From the NCBI GenBank assembly GCA_029246865.1, contig JAQWMI010000018.1, forward strand, positions 44,650-108,649: 64,000 nt of DNA. The letters run 5' to 3'. Origin of the DNA: Alphaproteobacteria bacterium (lineage in GTDB: Bacteria > Pseudomonadota > Alphaproteobacteria > HIMB59). Shown here in pieces: positions 8,655 through 18,082 of this stretch (its first letter is position 1; every line of letters starts with the position of its first letter). The translations under genes were made by a program, and so were the position numbers. The notes under the pieces are model-generated. The model worked only from the letters and a program-made list of their open reading frames with translations. It was not told the origin of the DNA and searched no databases.

Positions 8655-9845
8655 CTACATGATTTCATTTTTACATAAATCTTCCAAAGTATCACGAGAT
8701 CTGATAACTCGGTGCTCATTTTTATTAAATAATATTTCTAATGGCCTGGGCCTACTATTATAGGTTGATGACATAGAAGAGCCATAAGCACCCACATTTT
8801 TAAAAACTAAAAAATCATTTTTTATAATTTTTGGTAATAACGCATCTCTTATAAAAAAATCAGATGACTCGCAAACTCCACCAGCAATATCATACTCAAA
8901 TTTCTCCTCATTATTGTTTGCGTGTAATAATTCAACTATTGGTTCTATCCCATAAAGTGTAGATCTAATATATTCAGACATAGAACTATCAAGTAAAATT
9001 ATTTTTTTGGAACCAGATTGTTTTATATAATTAACTCTTGATACTAAGAAACCAGAATTTGCGACTAAAAACCTTCCAGGTTCAAATATAATATCATATT
9101 GTTTATTTTTTAAAATCAAATTGAGTTCTAATAGCCAGAGATCAAAATCTAATCCTTTACTTTTTTGATCCAGAACTGGAAACCCACCTCCAAAATCTAA
9201 ATATTGTATTTTGAAGCCTTTTTGATTGAGTTCATCAGCTAAATTTATGATTGATTTGTAGGATTCAATAAACTTTTTATAGTCAACTATTTGACTTCCT
9301 ATATGAACAGATAAAGTTTTAAGTTTAGTATTTTCTAATTTTTGGATGTCATCAAAATTTATTTGATCGATTTGAATTCCAAACTTGTCTCCAGATTTAC
9401 CTGTACTAATTTTAGATAGTGTATTGGGGTCAATACCAGGATTAATTCTAATTCCAATATCAGTAACAAGTCCCTTTTCTTTAGAGTAATCATTAATAAG
9501 GTTAAGTTCATCAATATTTTCAATATTAATACTTCTAATTTTTTGTGTAATGGCGTATTTAATGTCAAAATCATTCTTGCTAGATCCATTGAGCATGATT
9601 TCTGAAGGTTTAATTCCAGATCTTAAAGCTTTATAAAGTTCACCTGAAGAAACAACAACTGCCCCAAGCCCTTTCTGTTTCAATAAATTTATAATTGCAA
9701 GGTTAGGATTTGCTTTAATCGCAAAATAAAAATTATGCTTAAATTCAAGATTGAGACTATTTAAGAAGCTAACCTTTTCATTAATAATTGTATTATCATA
9801 ACAATAAAAAGGGGTTTGATGCTCTTTAATTAATTCCTTTATCAT
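8655..9845 (-). CDS. lysA: Diaminopimelate decarboxylase
   Basis: Fold-III PLP decarboxylase: TPFYCYD, FAIKAN (PLP lysine), HIGSQ, EPGR, CESSD. Confidence 0.92.
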   Translation of the reverse strand: MIKELIKEHQTPFYCYDNTIINEKVSFLNSLNLEFKHNFYFAIKANPNLAIINLLKQKGLGAVVVSSGELYKALRSGIKPSEIMLNGSSKNDFDIKYAITQKIRSINIENIDELNLINDYSKEKGLVTDIGIRINPGIDPNTLSKISTGKSGDKFGIQIDQINFDDIQKLENTKLKTLSVHIGSQIVDYKKFIESYKSIINLADELNQKGFKIQYLDFGGGFPVLDQKSKGLDFDLWLLELNLILKNKQYDIIFEPGRFLVANSGFLVSRVNYIKQSGSKKIILLDSSMSEYIRSTLYGIEPIVELLHANNNEEKFEYDIAGGVCESSDFFIRDALLPKIIKNDFLVFKNVGAYGSSMSSTYNSRPRPLEILFNKNEHRVIRSRDTLEDLCKNEIM

Positions 9846-9857
9846 ATTATGTTTATT

Positions 9858-9992
9858 CTACTCTTTTTCTGGCGGATAAGTAAATTCTGACTTATCAATA
9901 GTTCCTTCTGGTAATCTATTATTTTTATAATTTCCACAGGATGCAAGAGTGATTATAATTAAAATTAAAATAGTTTTTTTAAAAGTAATCAT
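9858..9992 (-). CDS. Small lipoprotein (44 aa), LptM/YifL-like by position between argH and lysA
   Basis: Below the ORF-track size cut-off. Own translation: MITFKKTILILIIITLASCGNYKNNRLPEGTIDKSEFTYPPEKE. Lipobox is L-A-S-C. Its ATG overlaps the argH stop (TAATG at 9990-9994). Confidence 0.6.
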   Translation of the reverse strand: MITFKKTILILIIITLASCGNYKNNRLPEGTIDKSEFTYPPEKE

Positions 9993-11383
9993 TATTTTTT
10001 AACAAATTTTTCAGCTTTTTTAATTGCTTGAGCTACTTTTGAAGGATTTGTGCTCATTATGGTTTTTTTTCTTGTGATACTATTTTTTATGTCAATATAT
10101 TTGAATATGCCTTGATCAATTTTTTTATTAAATTTTTGAAAATCTTGTAAGGTCAGTTGACTCATATTTTTTTTGTTTGTTTGAGCATAACTAACAATTG
10201 ATGCAATAATTTTATAGGAGTCTCTAAAGGTGATTTTTTTTTCTAAAACTAGATAGTCAGCTAAATCTGTAGCTGAGGCAAAATTATCTTCACAAATTTT
10301 ATAACCATTTACTGTATTAAATTTTGACTCCTTGATTATTTCACTTAATACATCAATACATAAGATTAAATCATCATAGCTATCAAAAATTATTTTTTTA
10401 TCTTCTTGAAAGTCTTTAAAGTAAGTTAAAGGTAAATTTGCAAGTACATTAAGAAGACTGGAGCTTTGATTTCTTATAATATTAGATTTACCACGAATGA
10501 GTTCAAGTGAATCGGGATTCCTTTTTTGTGGCATAATGGAGCTTCCAGTTGAGTAGTTTTTACTAATTTCAAATAAGTTAAATATACTACTAGACCAAAG
10601 TATTAATTCTGAAGACATTTTGCCAAGATGTAAGCTTACCATTGCCAATGATTGAAGGAAATATACACAAAAATCACGGTCACTAACTGCGTCCAAGGAG
10701 TTATTTTTTGACTCATTAAAACCTAATTCTTTATTTAAAAGTCTTGTATCTAATTTGTAGTTACTGCCAGCTAAAGCTGCACTTCCTAATGGGTTTTCAT
10801 TTGTCATTTGTTCTACAAATTCTAAATGAGATAAATCTCTTTTAAACATCTCGTAGTAAGCCATAAGGTGATGTGCAAGCGTTACAGGTTGAGCTACTTG
10901 TAAATGTGTAAATCCTGGAATGATATTTGTTTGATTGATTTTTGCCTGATTTAAAATGTCTTTCATTAAAAATTTGATTTGCTTCTTTAAGTTTTTACAG
11001 CTTTTTAATACCCATAATCTTGTATCTGTAGCAACCTGATCATTTCTCGATCTGCCAGTATGAATCTTAGAAGCGGTGTTACCTATAATGGAGTGAAGTA
11101 GGGACTCAATATTCATATGGATATCTTCATTTGCTCTACTAAATTTAATTTTTTTATTCGTGTGAAGATTTACTAATTTATCTAGGCCTTTATTAATCTT
11201 AATCAACTCTTGATTTGATATAATTTTTAACTTCTCTAAAGCTAAAGCATGAGCTCTTGTAACTGAAATATCTTCTGAAAATAGTCTTGAATCAATGTCA
11301 ATCGAAGTGTTAATAGAGTCCATCAACTTAGAAGTTTTCTTATTTATACTTGTTGATAGTATTTTTTTTCTTTTTAAAACCAT
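9992..11383 (-). CDS. argH: Argininosuccinate lyase
   Basis: Fumarate-lyase signature GSSIMPQKRNPD, TGRSRNDQV, and TH.Q.AQP-type motifs. Confidence 0.93.
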   Translation of the reverse strand: MVLKRKKILSTSINKKTSKLMDSINTSIDIDSRLFSEDISVTRAHALALEKLKIISNQELIKINKGLDKLVNLHTNKKIKFSRANEDIHMNIESLLHSIIGNTASKIHTGRSRNDQVATDTRLWVLKSCKNLKKQIKFLMKDILNQAKINQTNIIPGFTHLQVAQPVTLAHHLMAYYEMFKRDLSHLEFVEQMTNENPLGSAALAGSNYKLDTRLLNKELGFNESKNNSLDAVSDRDFCVYFLQSLAMVSLHLGKMSSELILWSSSIFNLFEISKNYSTGSSIMPQKRNPDSLELIRGKSNIIRNQSSSLLNVLANLPLTYFKDFQEDKKIIFDSYDDLILCIDVLSEIIKESKFNTVNGYKICEDNFASATDLADYLVLEKKITFRDSYKIIASIVSYAQTNKKNMSQLTLQDFQKFNKKIDQGIFKYIDIKNSITRKKTIMSTNPSKVAQAIKKAEKFVKK

Positions 11384-11394
11384 TGCGCTTTATC

Positions 11395-11595
11395 TTATCT
11401 AGATAGATAAATAATAGCTGCGAAAACTATTACAGCAACTCCTTGAAATAAGACGCGCATTCTCATTAATTTATTGCTATACTTTTTATTAAAATTACCG
11501 TTTTTAGCCATCGCTATTACACCAATGAGTACAACTAATAGAGCCACAAACATACATACAATCAAAACCAAGGGTAAAAATTTATCTACAAACAT
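11395..11595 (-). CDS. HIG1-domain / twin-transmembrane-helix small protein
   Basis: 66 aa with two TM helices separated by NKLMRMRVLFQG, resembling the hypoxia-induced-protein conserved region. Confidence 0.65.
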   Translation of the reverse strand: MFVDKFLPLVLIVCMFVALLVVLIGVIAMAKNGNFNKKYSNKLMRMRVLFQGVAVIVFAAIIYLSR

Positions 11596-11654
11596 ATATG
11601 GAACATATCAAAAAATCTTTAAATGTCGAATAATTGCTCAATCTAATAAAAAAT

Positions 11655-12260
11655 ATGAATAAAGTTGTTTTATTTCTTCACGGCTATGGTGCTAACGGAA
11701 ACGATTTAATTGGCTTAAAAGACCATATTGATAATCCTAATAATTCTATTTTATTTGAATCTCCCAATGCTCCAGAATCATGTCCCCTGAATTACTTTGG
11801 ATACCAATGGTTTGAGTTAGCTGAAAGAACGCCTGAAGAAATATATTTAGGTTTAAAAAAGTCATACAAGTACTTAGAAAAAATCCTAGAAGATACAATT
11901 AAAAAACATAATACTAGTTACGAAAATATTGTTCTAATTGGTTTTTCTCAAGGGGCAATGTTATCGGCTTACTATGGCTTAACCTCTGATGTCAAAATGG
12001 GTGGTGTTATCTCTTTATCGGGTGCTCTGCCACAAGATATTCTTAATGAAATTCCTGTGATTAATACCAAACAAAAATTTTCTATATTTCATGGAAAATC
12101 AGACTCGGTAGTTCCTTTCCACAGATCTCAAGAATTACATGACTTCTTACTTTTAAAGAAAATTAAAAGTAATTTAATTTTAGAAGATAATTGTGACCAT
12201 GGTATAAGTATGCAAGCAATTGAAGAAATGAAAAACAAAGTCAATGAGTGGCTTTCATAA
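11655..12260 (+). CDS. Phospholipase/carboxylesterase family alpha/beta hydrolase
   Basis: VLFLHGYGANGNDL, the GFSQGA nucleophile elbow, and C-terminal HG.D..V/DH. I prefer the ATG at 11655 to the upstream alternative start at 11634. Confidence 0.8.
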   Translation: MNKVVLFLHGYGANGNDLIGLKDHIDNPNNSILFESPNAPESCPLNYFGYQWFELAERTPEEIYLGLKKSYKYLEKILEDTIKKHNTSYENIVLIGFSQGAMLSAYYGLTSDVKMGGVISLSGALPQDILNEIPVINTKQKFSIFHGKSDSVVPFHRSQELHDFLLLKKIKSNLILEDNCDHGISMQAIEEMKNKVNEWLS

Positions 12261-12303
12261 TTTATTAACAATAATACTTTTAAAATATGGTATTATGTAA
12301 ATA

Positions 12304-12864
12304 ATGGTCGATTCGAATAATTGCCCCTCTCTTGTTTTAAATGCTGATTATCGGCCTCTGAGTTATTTCCCATTATCAATATGGAGTTGGAAGGACTCAG
12401 TAAAAGCTGTTTTTCTTGATAGGGTTAATATAGTTAACGAATATGATCATTACGTAAAATCTCCTAGTTTTAAAATGAAAATTCCTAGTGTAATTTCTTT
12501 AAAAGATTATGTACCTCATAGTCATAAGCCTGCATTTACAAGATTTAATGTTTTTCTCAGAGATGACTTTACTTGCCAGTACTGCCATAAAAAATTTCAA
12601 ACAAGAGAGCTTACTTTTGATCATCTTATTCCTAGATCTAAAGGCGGAATAACAAATTGGGAAAATGTTGTAACATCTTGCTCTCTTTGTAATTGGACAA
12701 AAGGCAGTAAGCCTCTTAAAGCTATTGGTTTTAAGTTACTTAGAGTTCCTCAAGAGCCATCCCAATATTCCTTAAGATTAAAAAGTAAAAATTTTCCATC
12801 AAATTATCTTCATGAAAGTTGGAGAGATTATTTGTATTGGGACAGTGTATTAGAAAAAAATTAA
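12304..12864 (+). CDS. HNH endonuclease domain protein (conserved ~185-aa family)
   Basis: CQYCHKKF...DHLIPRSKGG..NWENVVTSCSLCNWTKG is a classical HNH/zinc motif. Confidence 0.8.
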   Translation: MVDSNNCPSLVLNADYRPLSYFPLSIWSWKDSVKAVFLDRVNIVNEYDHYVKSPSFKMKIPSVISLKDYVPHSHKPAFTRFNVFLRDDFTCQYCHKKFQTRELTFDHLIPRSKGGITNWENVVTSCSLCNWTKGSKPLKAIGFKLLRVPQEPSQYSLRLKSKNFPSNYLHESWRDYLYWDSVLEKN

Positions 12865-13418
12865 TATTTTTTTGTTACTTTAATAGCCAAATAACATGCC
12901 TGCTTAATTGCTTTACTTAAAAACACAAATCCAGGAGTCATTTCAGCCTCATGGTTTACACCTGTATCATGATGTTCTAATTCATCTTCTCTAAACTGCT
13001 TCACAGTCTTTAAAAGCTTTGGATTAATTTTATTTTTTGTCAAAATCTCAACTTGTTCTTCGTAATGTCTGCCGATGACTTCTTCAACGGCTACTGTACA
13101 AGCCATAGCAGCTTTTTCTCCTAGTAGCGCAGTTCCTAGCCCTAGAAGATACCCAGCTTTATTCCAAAGAGGAAAAAGGCTAGTAGGTCTAACTTCCATA
13201 TCCACAATCAATTCATCAAAAGTAGATTTATGCACCTCTTCCTGCTCAGCCATTTCTAAAATTTTTTTCCAGATTGCTGAATTTTTTTTAAAGACAGCCA
13301 TCTGTCCTCGATAAATTTGAGTTGCTCCGTGCTCACCAGCATGGTCAACTCTTATTATTTCCTCAAGGATTTTTTTTTCTTCAGATGATAATTTTTTTTT
13401 ATTTTTTTTTGAATACAT
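12861..13418 (-). CDS. coq7: Demethoxyubiquinone hydroxylase (di-iron COQ7 family)
   Basis: Paired E..H di-iron motifs: VDHAGEHGA, EQEEVH, VEEVIGRHY, DELEHH. Confidence 0.88.
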   Translation of the reverse strand: MYSKKNKKKLSSEEKKILEEIIRVDHAGEHGATQIYRGQMAVFKKNSAIWKKILEMAEQEEVHKSTFDELIVDMEVRPTSLFPLWNKAGYLLGLGTALLGEKAAMACTVAVEEVIGRHYEEQVEILTKNKINPKLLKTVKQFREDELEHHDTGVNHEAEMTPGFVFLSKAIKQACYLAIKVTKKY

Positions 13419-13863
13419 TTTTAAATATCAATATCAGAAAAATTAAAGATGCAAAAGCATTATAAGTAGATAAATGTAGACCAAAAAATTTCTTGTTGGC
13501 GTTTTCACAATCAATAATTAGTGTATTATTCTGTAAAGCATTTTTAAGATCATTGAGATCACTAGGTAACTTTACAGCACTTTCACAACCTGAAGTACTT
13601 ATTATTCCTAAAGATAGTAATGAATGTTCTATTGCAAAATATAATTCACCCAAAAGACATAAGGATATTAAAGCCATTATTATTTTATTAGATGGTCTAA
13701 ATATCAATTGAATTGTAAAAATAATTATAATCAATAGGTATGGAATTCTTTGATAAGTGCAAAGTCTGCAAGGTAGTAATCCAAAAACATATTCTAAGAT
13801 TAAAGCAAAACACAAAGCTGTTATTGAATATATAAGGATTAATTTATTAGTGTTATTTTCCAT
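13399..13863 (-). CDS. DsbB-family disulfide bond formation protein
   Basis: 4 TM helices, CRLC in the first periplasmic loop, and a second Cys pair (GCES...IDCEN) in the large loop. Confidence 0.7.
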   Translation of the reverse strand: MENNTNKLILIYSITALCFALILEYVFGLLPCRLCTYQRIPYLLIIIIFTIQLIFRPSNKIIMALISLCLLGELYFAIEHSLLSLGIISTSGCESAVKLPSDLNDLKNALQNNTLIIDCENANKKFFGLHLSTYNAFASLIFLILIFKNVFKKK

Positions 13864-13867
13864 AATT

Positions 13868-14437
13868 TTAGTTTAAAAAATATTTTACTATAATCACCAT
13901 CATAACCAAGAGTATAGGAATAACTAAAAAAATTGAGAATTTATATTTTTTTAACAATATTATTCCTCTATCCCCTAATAAATGAATAGCAATACCAATC
14001 AATAAAAATCTTAACCCTCTTGCAAAAAAAGAGCTTATAAGAAATAAAAATAAATCAAATTTCAAAAATCCACTTGTTACAGTTATAATTTTAAAAGGAA
14101 TAGGGGTAAAGCCGCCTATAATGACTGAGTACACCCCCCATTTATTATAAAAATTTATGAAGTGCTGGATCTTACTTTGATCAAATAAATGATTTATTGT
14201 GTCGTATAAAAAATATCCTAATGCGTATGCAACTAAACCACCCAGAACTGAAAAAAAAGTGCAATTAATAACGGAAAAAAAAATTTTATTTCTATTATAG
14301 TAGCATATTGGTATTAGTAATAAGTCAGGTGGTAAAGGAAAAAAAATACTTTCTATGAAAGATATAATTGATAAAACAAATTGGGAATATTTTGATTGAG
14401 ATTTATTTTTAAGAAATGTTTTTAATCTATTTAACAA
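13868..14437 (-). CDS. YqaA/DedA (SNARE-associated) family membrane protein
   Basis: ESIFFPLPPDLLLIP motif and multi-TM topology. Confidence 0.72.
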   Translation of the reverse strand: MLNRLKTFLKNKSQSKYSQFVLSIISFIESIFFPLPPDLLLIPICYYNRNKIFFSVINCTFFSVLGGLVAYALGYFLYDTINHLFDQSKIQHFINFYNKWGVYSVIIGGFTPIPFKIITVTSGFLKFDLFLFLISSFFARGLRFLLIGIAIHLLGDRGIILLKKYKFSIFLVIPILLVMMVIIVKYFLN

Positions 14438-14449
14438 GTTAAGTATTAT

Positions 14450-15574
14450 TTATACTAAATAATACCAAAGATAAGCAACTATAATAGCTGGAATAGCGCT
14501 ATAAAGAGTAGCTAGTATTGCCACCCTAGCTGAAATTGCTAAAGCAGGAAATAGAGCATCGCCATCATTTGAAATGGAATTACCTATTTGTGCAGCCATT
14601 GGTATCTGACCGCTCACAAACATAGAGGTGATCATAATTTGCGGTCCACAACCAGGAATGAATCCAATAAGAATGGCCATTAAAGGAATAAATGGTCCAA
14701 AAAATAATAAATATTCAAACATTCTCCCCTGTGTGAACAAATTGATTAATTCAAAACATAAAAAAGCTGTTATGACCCAAACAGAAACAAAGCAAGTTGT
14801 GTCAACCGTCTTTCTTAGTGAATTTTCATGAACTGCAGCCATTTGAATATCTGTAAGTGGATTGAAAACCCACATAATCAAGCATGACATGGCGGCTGTA
14901 AAAGCAAATATTCCGATAAGATCATAACCAAATAATGGTATTTCAAAACTTAAATTAAAGGCATTTATTAATCCCAAAATCACGGCTGGTATAAGAAGGT
15001 ACAGCCAAATTTTATAAAAAATAGTTGGTATTTTATTAGTTGGTAAAATGATACTAGAATTTTTCTTGGGAATTATGGAAGGAGCTATTTTATCTGAAAA
15101 GGGAAGAGAAATATAACCTGTAACTATTCCAATAATTAAAGTAATAGGTAAAATTATTAAAGCGGCTTGGGGTTTAGAAGCGATTAAAATAAAAGCTGCA
15201 TCACCCATCGTGCTTATAAGAGTGGCAAGAACCGAGCTAAATGAAACGATACCTCGTGTATACATACTCATAACCATAATAGCTCCACCACAACCTGGGA
15301 TAACACCTAATAATGCACAGATTGGAATTTCTAATTTTGAGTTTTTCTTAATATATTCAGGAATATTAAAATTTTTCTTTTCTAAAGTATAAAAAACTAG
15401 AAGGGTAGCGCCTACAAAAGAAGTGACTGCGATATATGCATCTTGAGAAGAAGAAATTAATAACTCTCTTGTTTCTTCGAGAGCAAAAATAATAACAAAT
15501 ACTAACAAAATGATAAGTTTAGATATCCGGAAATATTCTAATCTTTTTTGAAATGATAATAGTAATTCAGTCAT
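14450..15574 (-). CDS. Putative manganese/heavy-metal transporter, 10-TM family with two PGCG motifs (ArsP_2-like)
   Basis: Internal repeat: GVIPGCGGAIMVMSMY...MGDAAF and GFIPGCGPQIMITSMF...NDGDALF. Divergent from a DtxR/MntR regulator, with a palindrome in the spacer. Confidence 0.62.
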   Translation of the reverse strand: MTELLLSFQKRLEYFRISKLIILLVFVIIFALEETRELLISSSQDAYIAVTSFVGATLLVFYTLEKKNFNIPEYIKKNSKLEIPICALLGVIPGCGGAIMVMSMYTRGIVSFSSVLATLISTMGDAAFILIASKPQAALIILPITLIIGIVTGYISLPFSDKIAPSIIPKKNSSIILPTNKIPTIFYKIWLYLLIPAVILGLINAFNLSFEIPLFGYDLIGIFAFTAAMSCLIMWVFNPLTDIQMAAVHENSLRKTVDTTCFVSVWVITAFLCFELINLFTQGRMFEYLLFFGPFIPLMAILIGFIPGCGPQIMITSMFVSGQIPMAAQIGNSISNDGDALFPALAISARVAILATLYSAIPAIIVAYLWYYLV

Positions 15575-15575
15575 T

Positions 15576-15593
15576 GTTTAGCCTAAGCTAAAC
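15576..15593. promoter_or_regulatory. Candidate MntR/DtxR-type operator (perfect 7-4-7 palindrome)
   Basis: GTTTAGC-CTAA-GCTAAAC lies in the 88-bp divergent spacer. The core TAGCCTAAGCTA resembles the DtxR-family consensus core (TAGGTTAGCCTAACCTA type). Confidence 0.5.
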
Positions 15594-15662
15594 TTTATAG
15601 ACCCATCTAATAAATGTAAAGTACTTTTTATTATCCGTATTTAGTAATATATTCATATTCAT

Positions 15663-16079
15663 ATGGCTAATCCAAGATACAGAAGTCCTAATCAATATTC
15701 TAAAATCAGGACTCAAAATAAAAATGAAATGCTAGAAGATTATGTTGAAACTATTAGTGAATTAATAATATTAAAAGGAGAAGCACGTAATGCTGATTTA
15801 GCAAAACATTTTGGTGTCTCTCAAGCAACTATTAATAAAAATATTAAAAGATTAGTTGCTTTAAATTTAGTAAAAACCGAGCCTTATAGATCTATATTTT
15901 TAACTGATGAGGGGCAAAATTTGGCAAATTCTTCGAAATCTAAACATGAAATCGTTTTAAATTTTTTAATTAAGCTTGGTGTTTCAAATAAAGTTGCCGA
16001 AGAAGATAGTGAAGGGATAGAGCATCACGTTAGTCCTGAAACATTAAGTTTTATGAAAAAATTTATCCAAAATAAATAA
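15663..16079 (+). CDS. mntR: DtxR-family metal-dependent transcriptional repressor (MntR-like)
   Basis: EDYVETISELI, wHTH ADLAKHFGVSQATINKNIKRL, and a metal/dimerisation region EEDSEGIEHHVSPET. 138 aa with no SH3-like domain, which is the MntR size. Confidence 0.82.
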   Translation: MANPRYRSPNQYSKIRTQNKNEMLEDYVETISELIILKGEARNADLAKHFGVSQATINKNIKRLVALNLVKTEPYRSIFLTDEGQNLANSSKSKHEIVLNFLIKLGVSNKVAEEDSEGIEHHVSPETLSFMKKFIQNK

Positions 16080-16087
16080 ATAATAAT

Positions 16088-16423
16088 TTAAAGTAAGTTC
16101 ATAATAAGCTTATGAATAAAAAATCCAGCTACTATCAATAAAAATCCAATAAGATAAATAACCCAAAAATTTAAGTTTAATTGTTTATTTAGAAAAAAAG
16201 GAATAAAGAATAAATAAGAAATTGGCACACCTATCGCTATACTTTTTGCAAATGTAATACTTGTTTCAATATTTTTATGTTCAGCATATGAAAATGCTAA
16301 AACTATTATACTTGTTAGTGGGAGAGCTATAATAAAACCAGCTAATTCTGGTTTTTTACCCGAAAGCCAGCTAGCCAGAGCTATTATTAATCCTGCCATC
16401 ACAATTTTTAATAAAAATAACAC
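16088..16423 (-). CDS. Small 4-TM membrane protein (GlpM/DUF3147-like?)
   Basis: 111 aa, four hydrophobic helices. The family assignment is tentative. Confidence 0.5.
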   Translation of the reverse strand: MLFLLKIVMAGLIIALASWLSGKKPELAGFIIALPLTSIIVLAFSYAEHKNIETSITFAKSIAIGVPISYLFFIPFFLNKQLNLNFWVIYLIGFLLIVAGFFIHKLIMNLL

Positions 16424-16459
16424 ATTTTAATATTAGCATGTATTGGAATTAAAATTTAA

Positions 16460-18082
16460 TTAATTTCTAATTTTTTTAGTAATTTTTTTTTCTAAAATAT
16501 TATCTATTAAAAATACAGCAATTGTTAAAAAAATAATAATAGTAATAGCATGAAGAGAGCCTAATTCTACCGACTCACTCGAAGAGTATTGAAATAATTC
16601 TGTAGCTAAAGTATCAAAGTTAAAAGGTCTGAGAAGCAGAGTTATAGGCAGTTCTTTCATTGTATCTACCATGACTAAAAATATCCCAGCAATAATACTC
16701 ATATTAATTTGTGGCAAGATAACTCTGAAGTATGTCGTTGAATATCTTCTACCCATCAATCGTGAAGCATCATCAATTGATTTCGAAATTTTCTCTAATC
16801 CTGAGTCAATACTGTTATTTGATAGAGATATGAGTCTTATGCTTAACGCCAATACTAACCCTATTATTGTTGAACTGATTACTATTCTGTCAAACGAGAG
16901 TAGGACCAATAATTTATCTACATTAATCATAAAGTAAATAACCCCTAAGGCCACCACCACACCTGGAACAGCATACCCAGTATTAATTATTTTTTTCAAA
17001 TATAAAAAAAATTTCTTTTTTGAAAATCTACCTGAAAAATTAAATAATATAGATAATGCTCCACAAAAAACAGCAACAATTAATCCAATCATCAAAGTAT
17101 TAAATAAACTTTGGAAAAAATTCTCATAATTTATTTTATGAATATTATTTATAAACATATAAATCGTAAATAAAACAGGTATGAAATAACCTAGAGTTAT
17201 AGGTATGAGACTAATATAAAAAGCTAAATTACTTTTAGTTTTTGAAAGTTTATATCTTGTCCAACTTAAAAATTCATAATTAGAATTGTGAAAATTTTTC
17301 TGACCTCTAATTTTCTGTTCTGTGATATATAATAAAATCATCATTATTATGACTACAAAAGATAAGAAAAATGCTGCATTCAAATTATTTAAAATTGAAA
17401 TGTAATTATAAATACCTAAAGATAAGGTATTAAGTCCAAAGAAAGAAGCTACTCCAAAATCATTTATTGTTTCCATTAGCGCTAACGCTAGTCCAGCTAT
17501 TATGCCCGGTGCGGACATAGGAATGCCTATTCTAAAAAAGCATTCATAAGGGGATTTACCAATTGTTCTGCCTGCCTCAATATATCTTGCTGATAAATTG
17601 ATAATGGAAATTCTTGTTAGAAGATAAACGTACGGAAATAGAGATAAGCCTAGTATAATAGAACCAAAAAAATAATTCCTAATAGATATTCCAATAAAAT
17701 CAATACCCATATAACTTAAAAATTGTGAGATAAAACCAGATGGCTCTAAAATTTCTGCGTATGTGTAAGCGGAAATATAGCCTGGTACGGCAAGAGGTAA
17801 AATAGCTAGAATTTGTATCAATCTTCTTCCTTTAAATTCTGTCATTGTTGTCATCCATGCAAGGGGAACACTAATCGCAAGTACTAAAAAAGTAACAAAG
17901 ATAATAATAATTAAAGTCCCTGATAAATATCTAGATAAATAAACATTTTCTTCGAGTGTAAATGCAGAAATAAGACCTTTTGAAAATATCATTACAATTG
18001 GAGTTAAAAAAATAAACGCTACCGTAAAATTAATTAAATATTTAATACTAAAATATTTCATATTATTATTAAAAATATACAA
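16460..18082 (-). CDS. Fe(III)/thiamine-type ABC transporter permease with duplicated (12-TM) BPD domains
   Basis: Two EAA-loop regions (EAGRTIGKSPYECFFRIGIPMSAPG and DDASRLMGRRYSTTYFRVILPQ). 540 aa, typical of FbpB/AfuB/ThiP. Confidence 0.82.
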   Translation of the reverse strand: MYIFNNNMKYFSIKYLINFTVAFIFLTPIVMIFSKGLISAFTLEENVYLSRYLSGTLIIIIFVTFLVLAISVPLAWMTTMTEFKGRRLIQILAILPLAVPGYISAYTYAEILEPSGFISQFLSYMGIDFIGISIRNYFFGSIILGLSLFPYVYLLTRISIINLSARYIEAGRTIGKSPYECFFRIGIPMSAPGIIAGLALALMETINDFGVASFFGLNTLSLGIYNYISILNNLNAAFFLSFVVIIMMILLYITEQKIRGQKNFHNSNYEFLSWTRYKLSKTKSNLAFYISLIPITLGYFIPVLFTIYMFINNIHKINYENFFQSLFNTLMIGLIVAVFCGALSILFNFSGRFSKKKFFLYLKKIINTGYAVPGVVVALGVIYFMINVDKLLVLLSFDRIVISSTIIGLVLALSIRLISLSNNSIDSGLEKISKSIDDASRLMGRRYSTTYFRVILPQINMSIIAGIFLVMVDTMKELPITLLLRPFNFDTLATELFQYSSSESVELGSLHAITIIIFLTIAVFLIDNILEKKITKKIRN

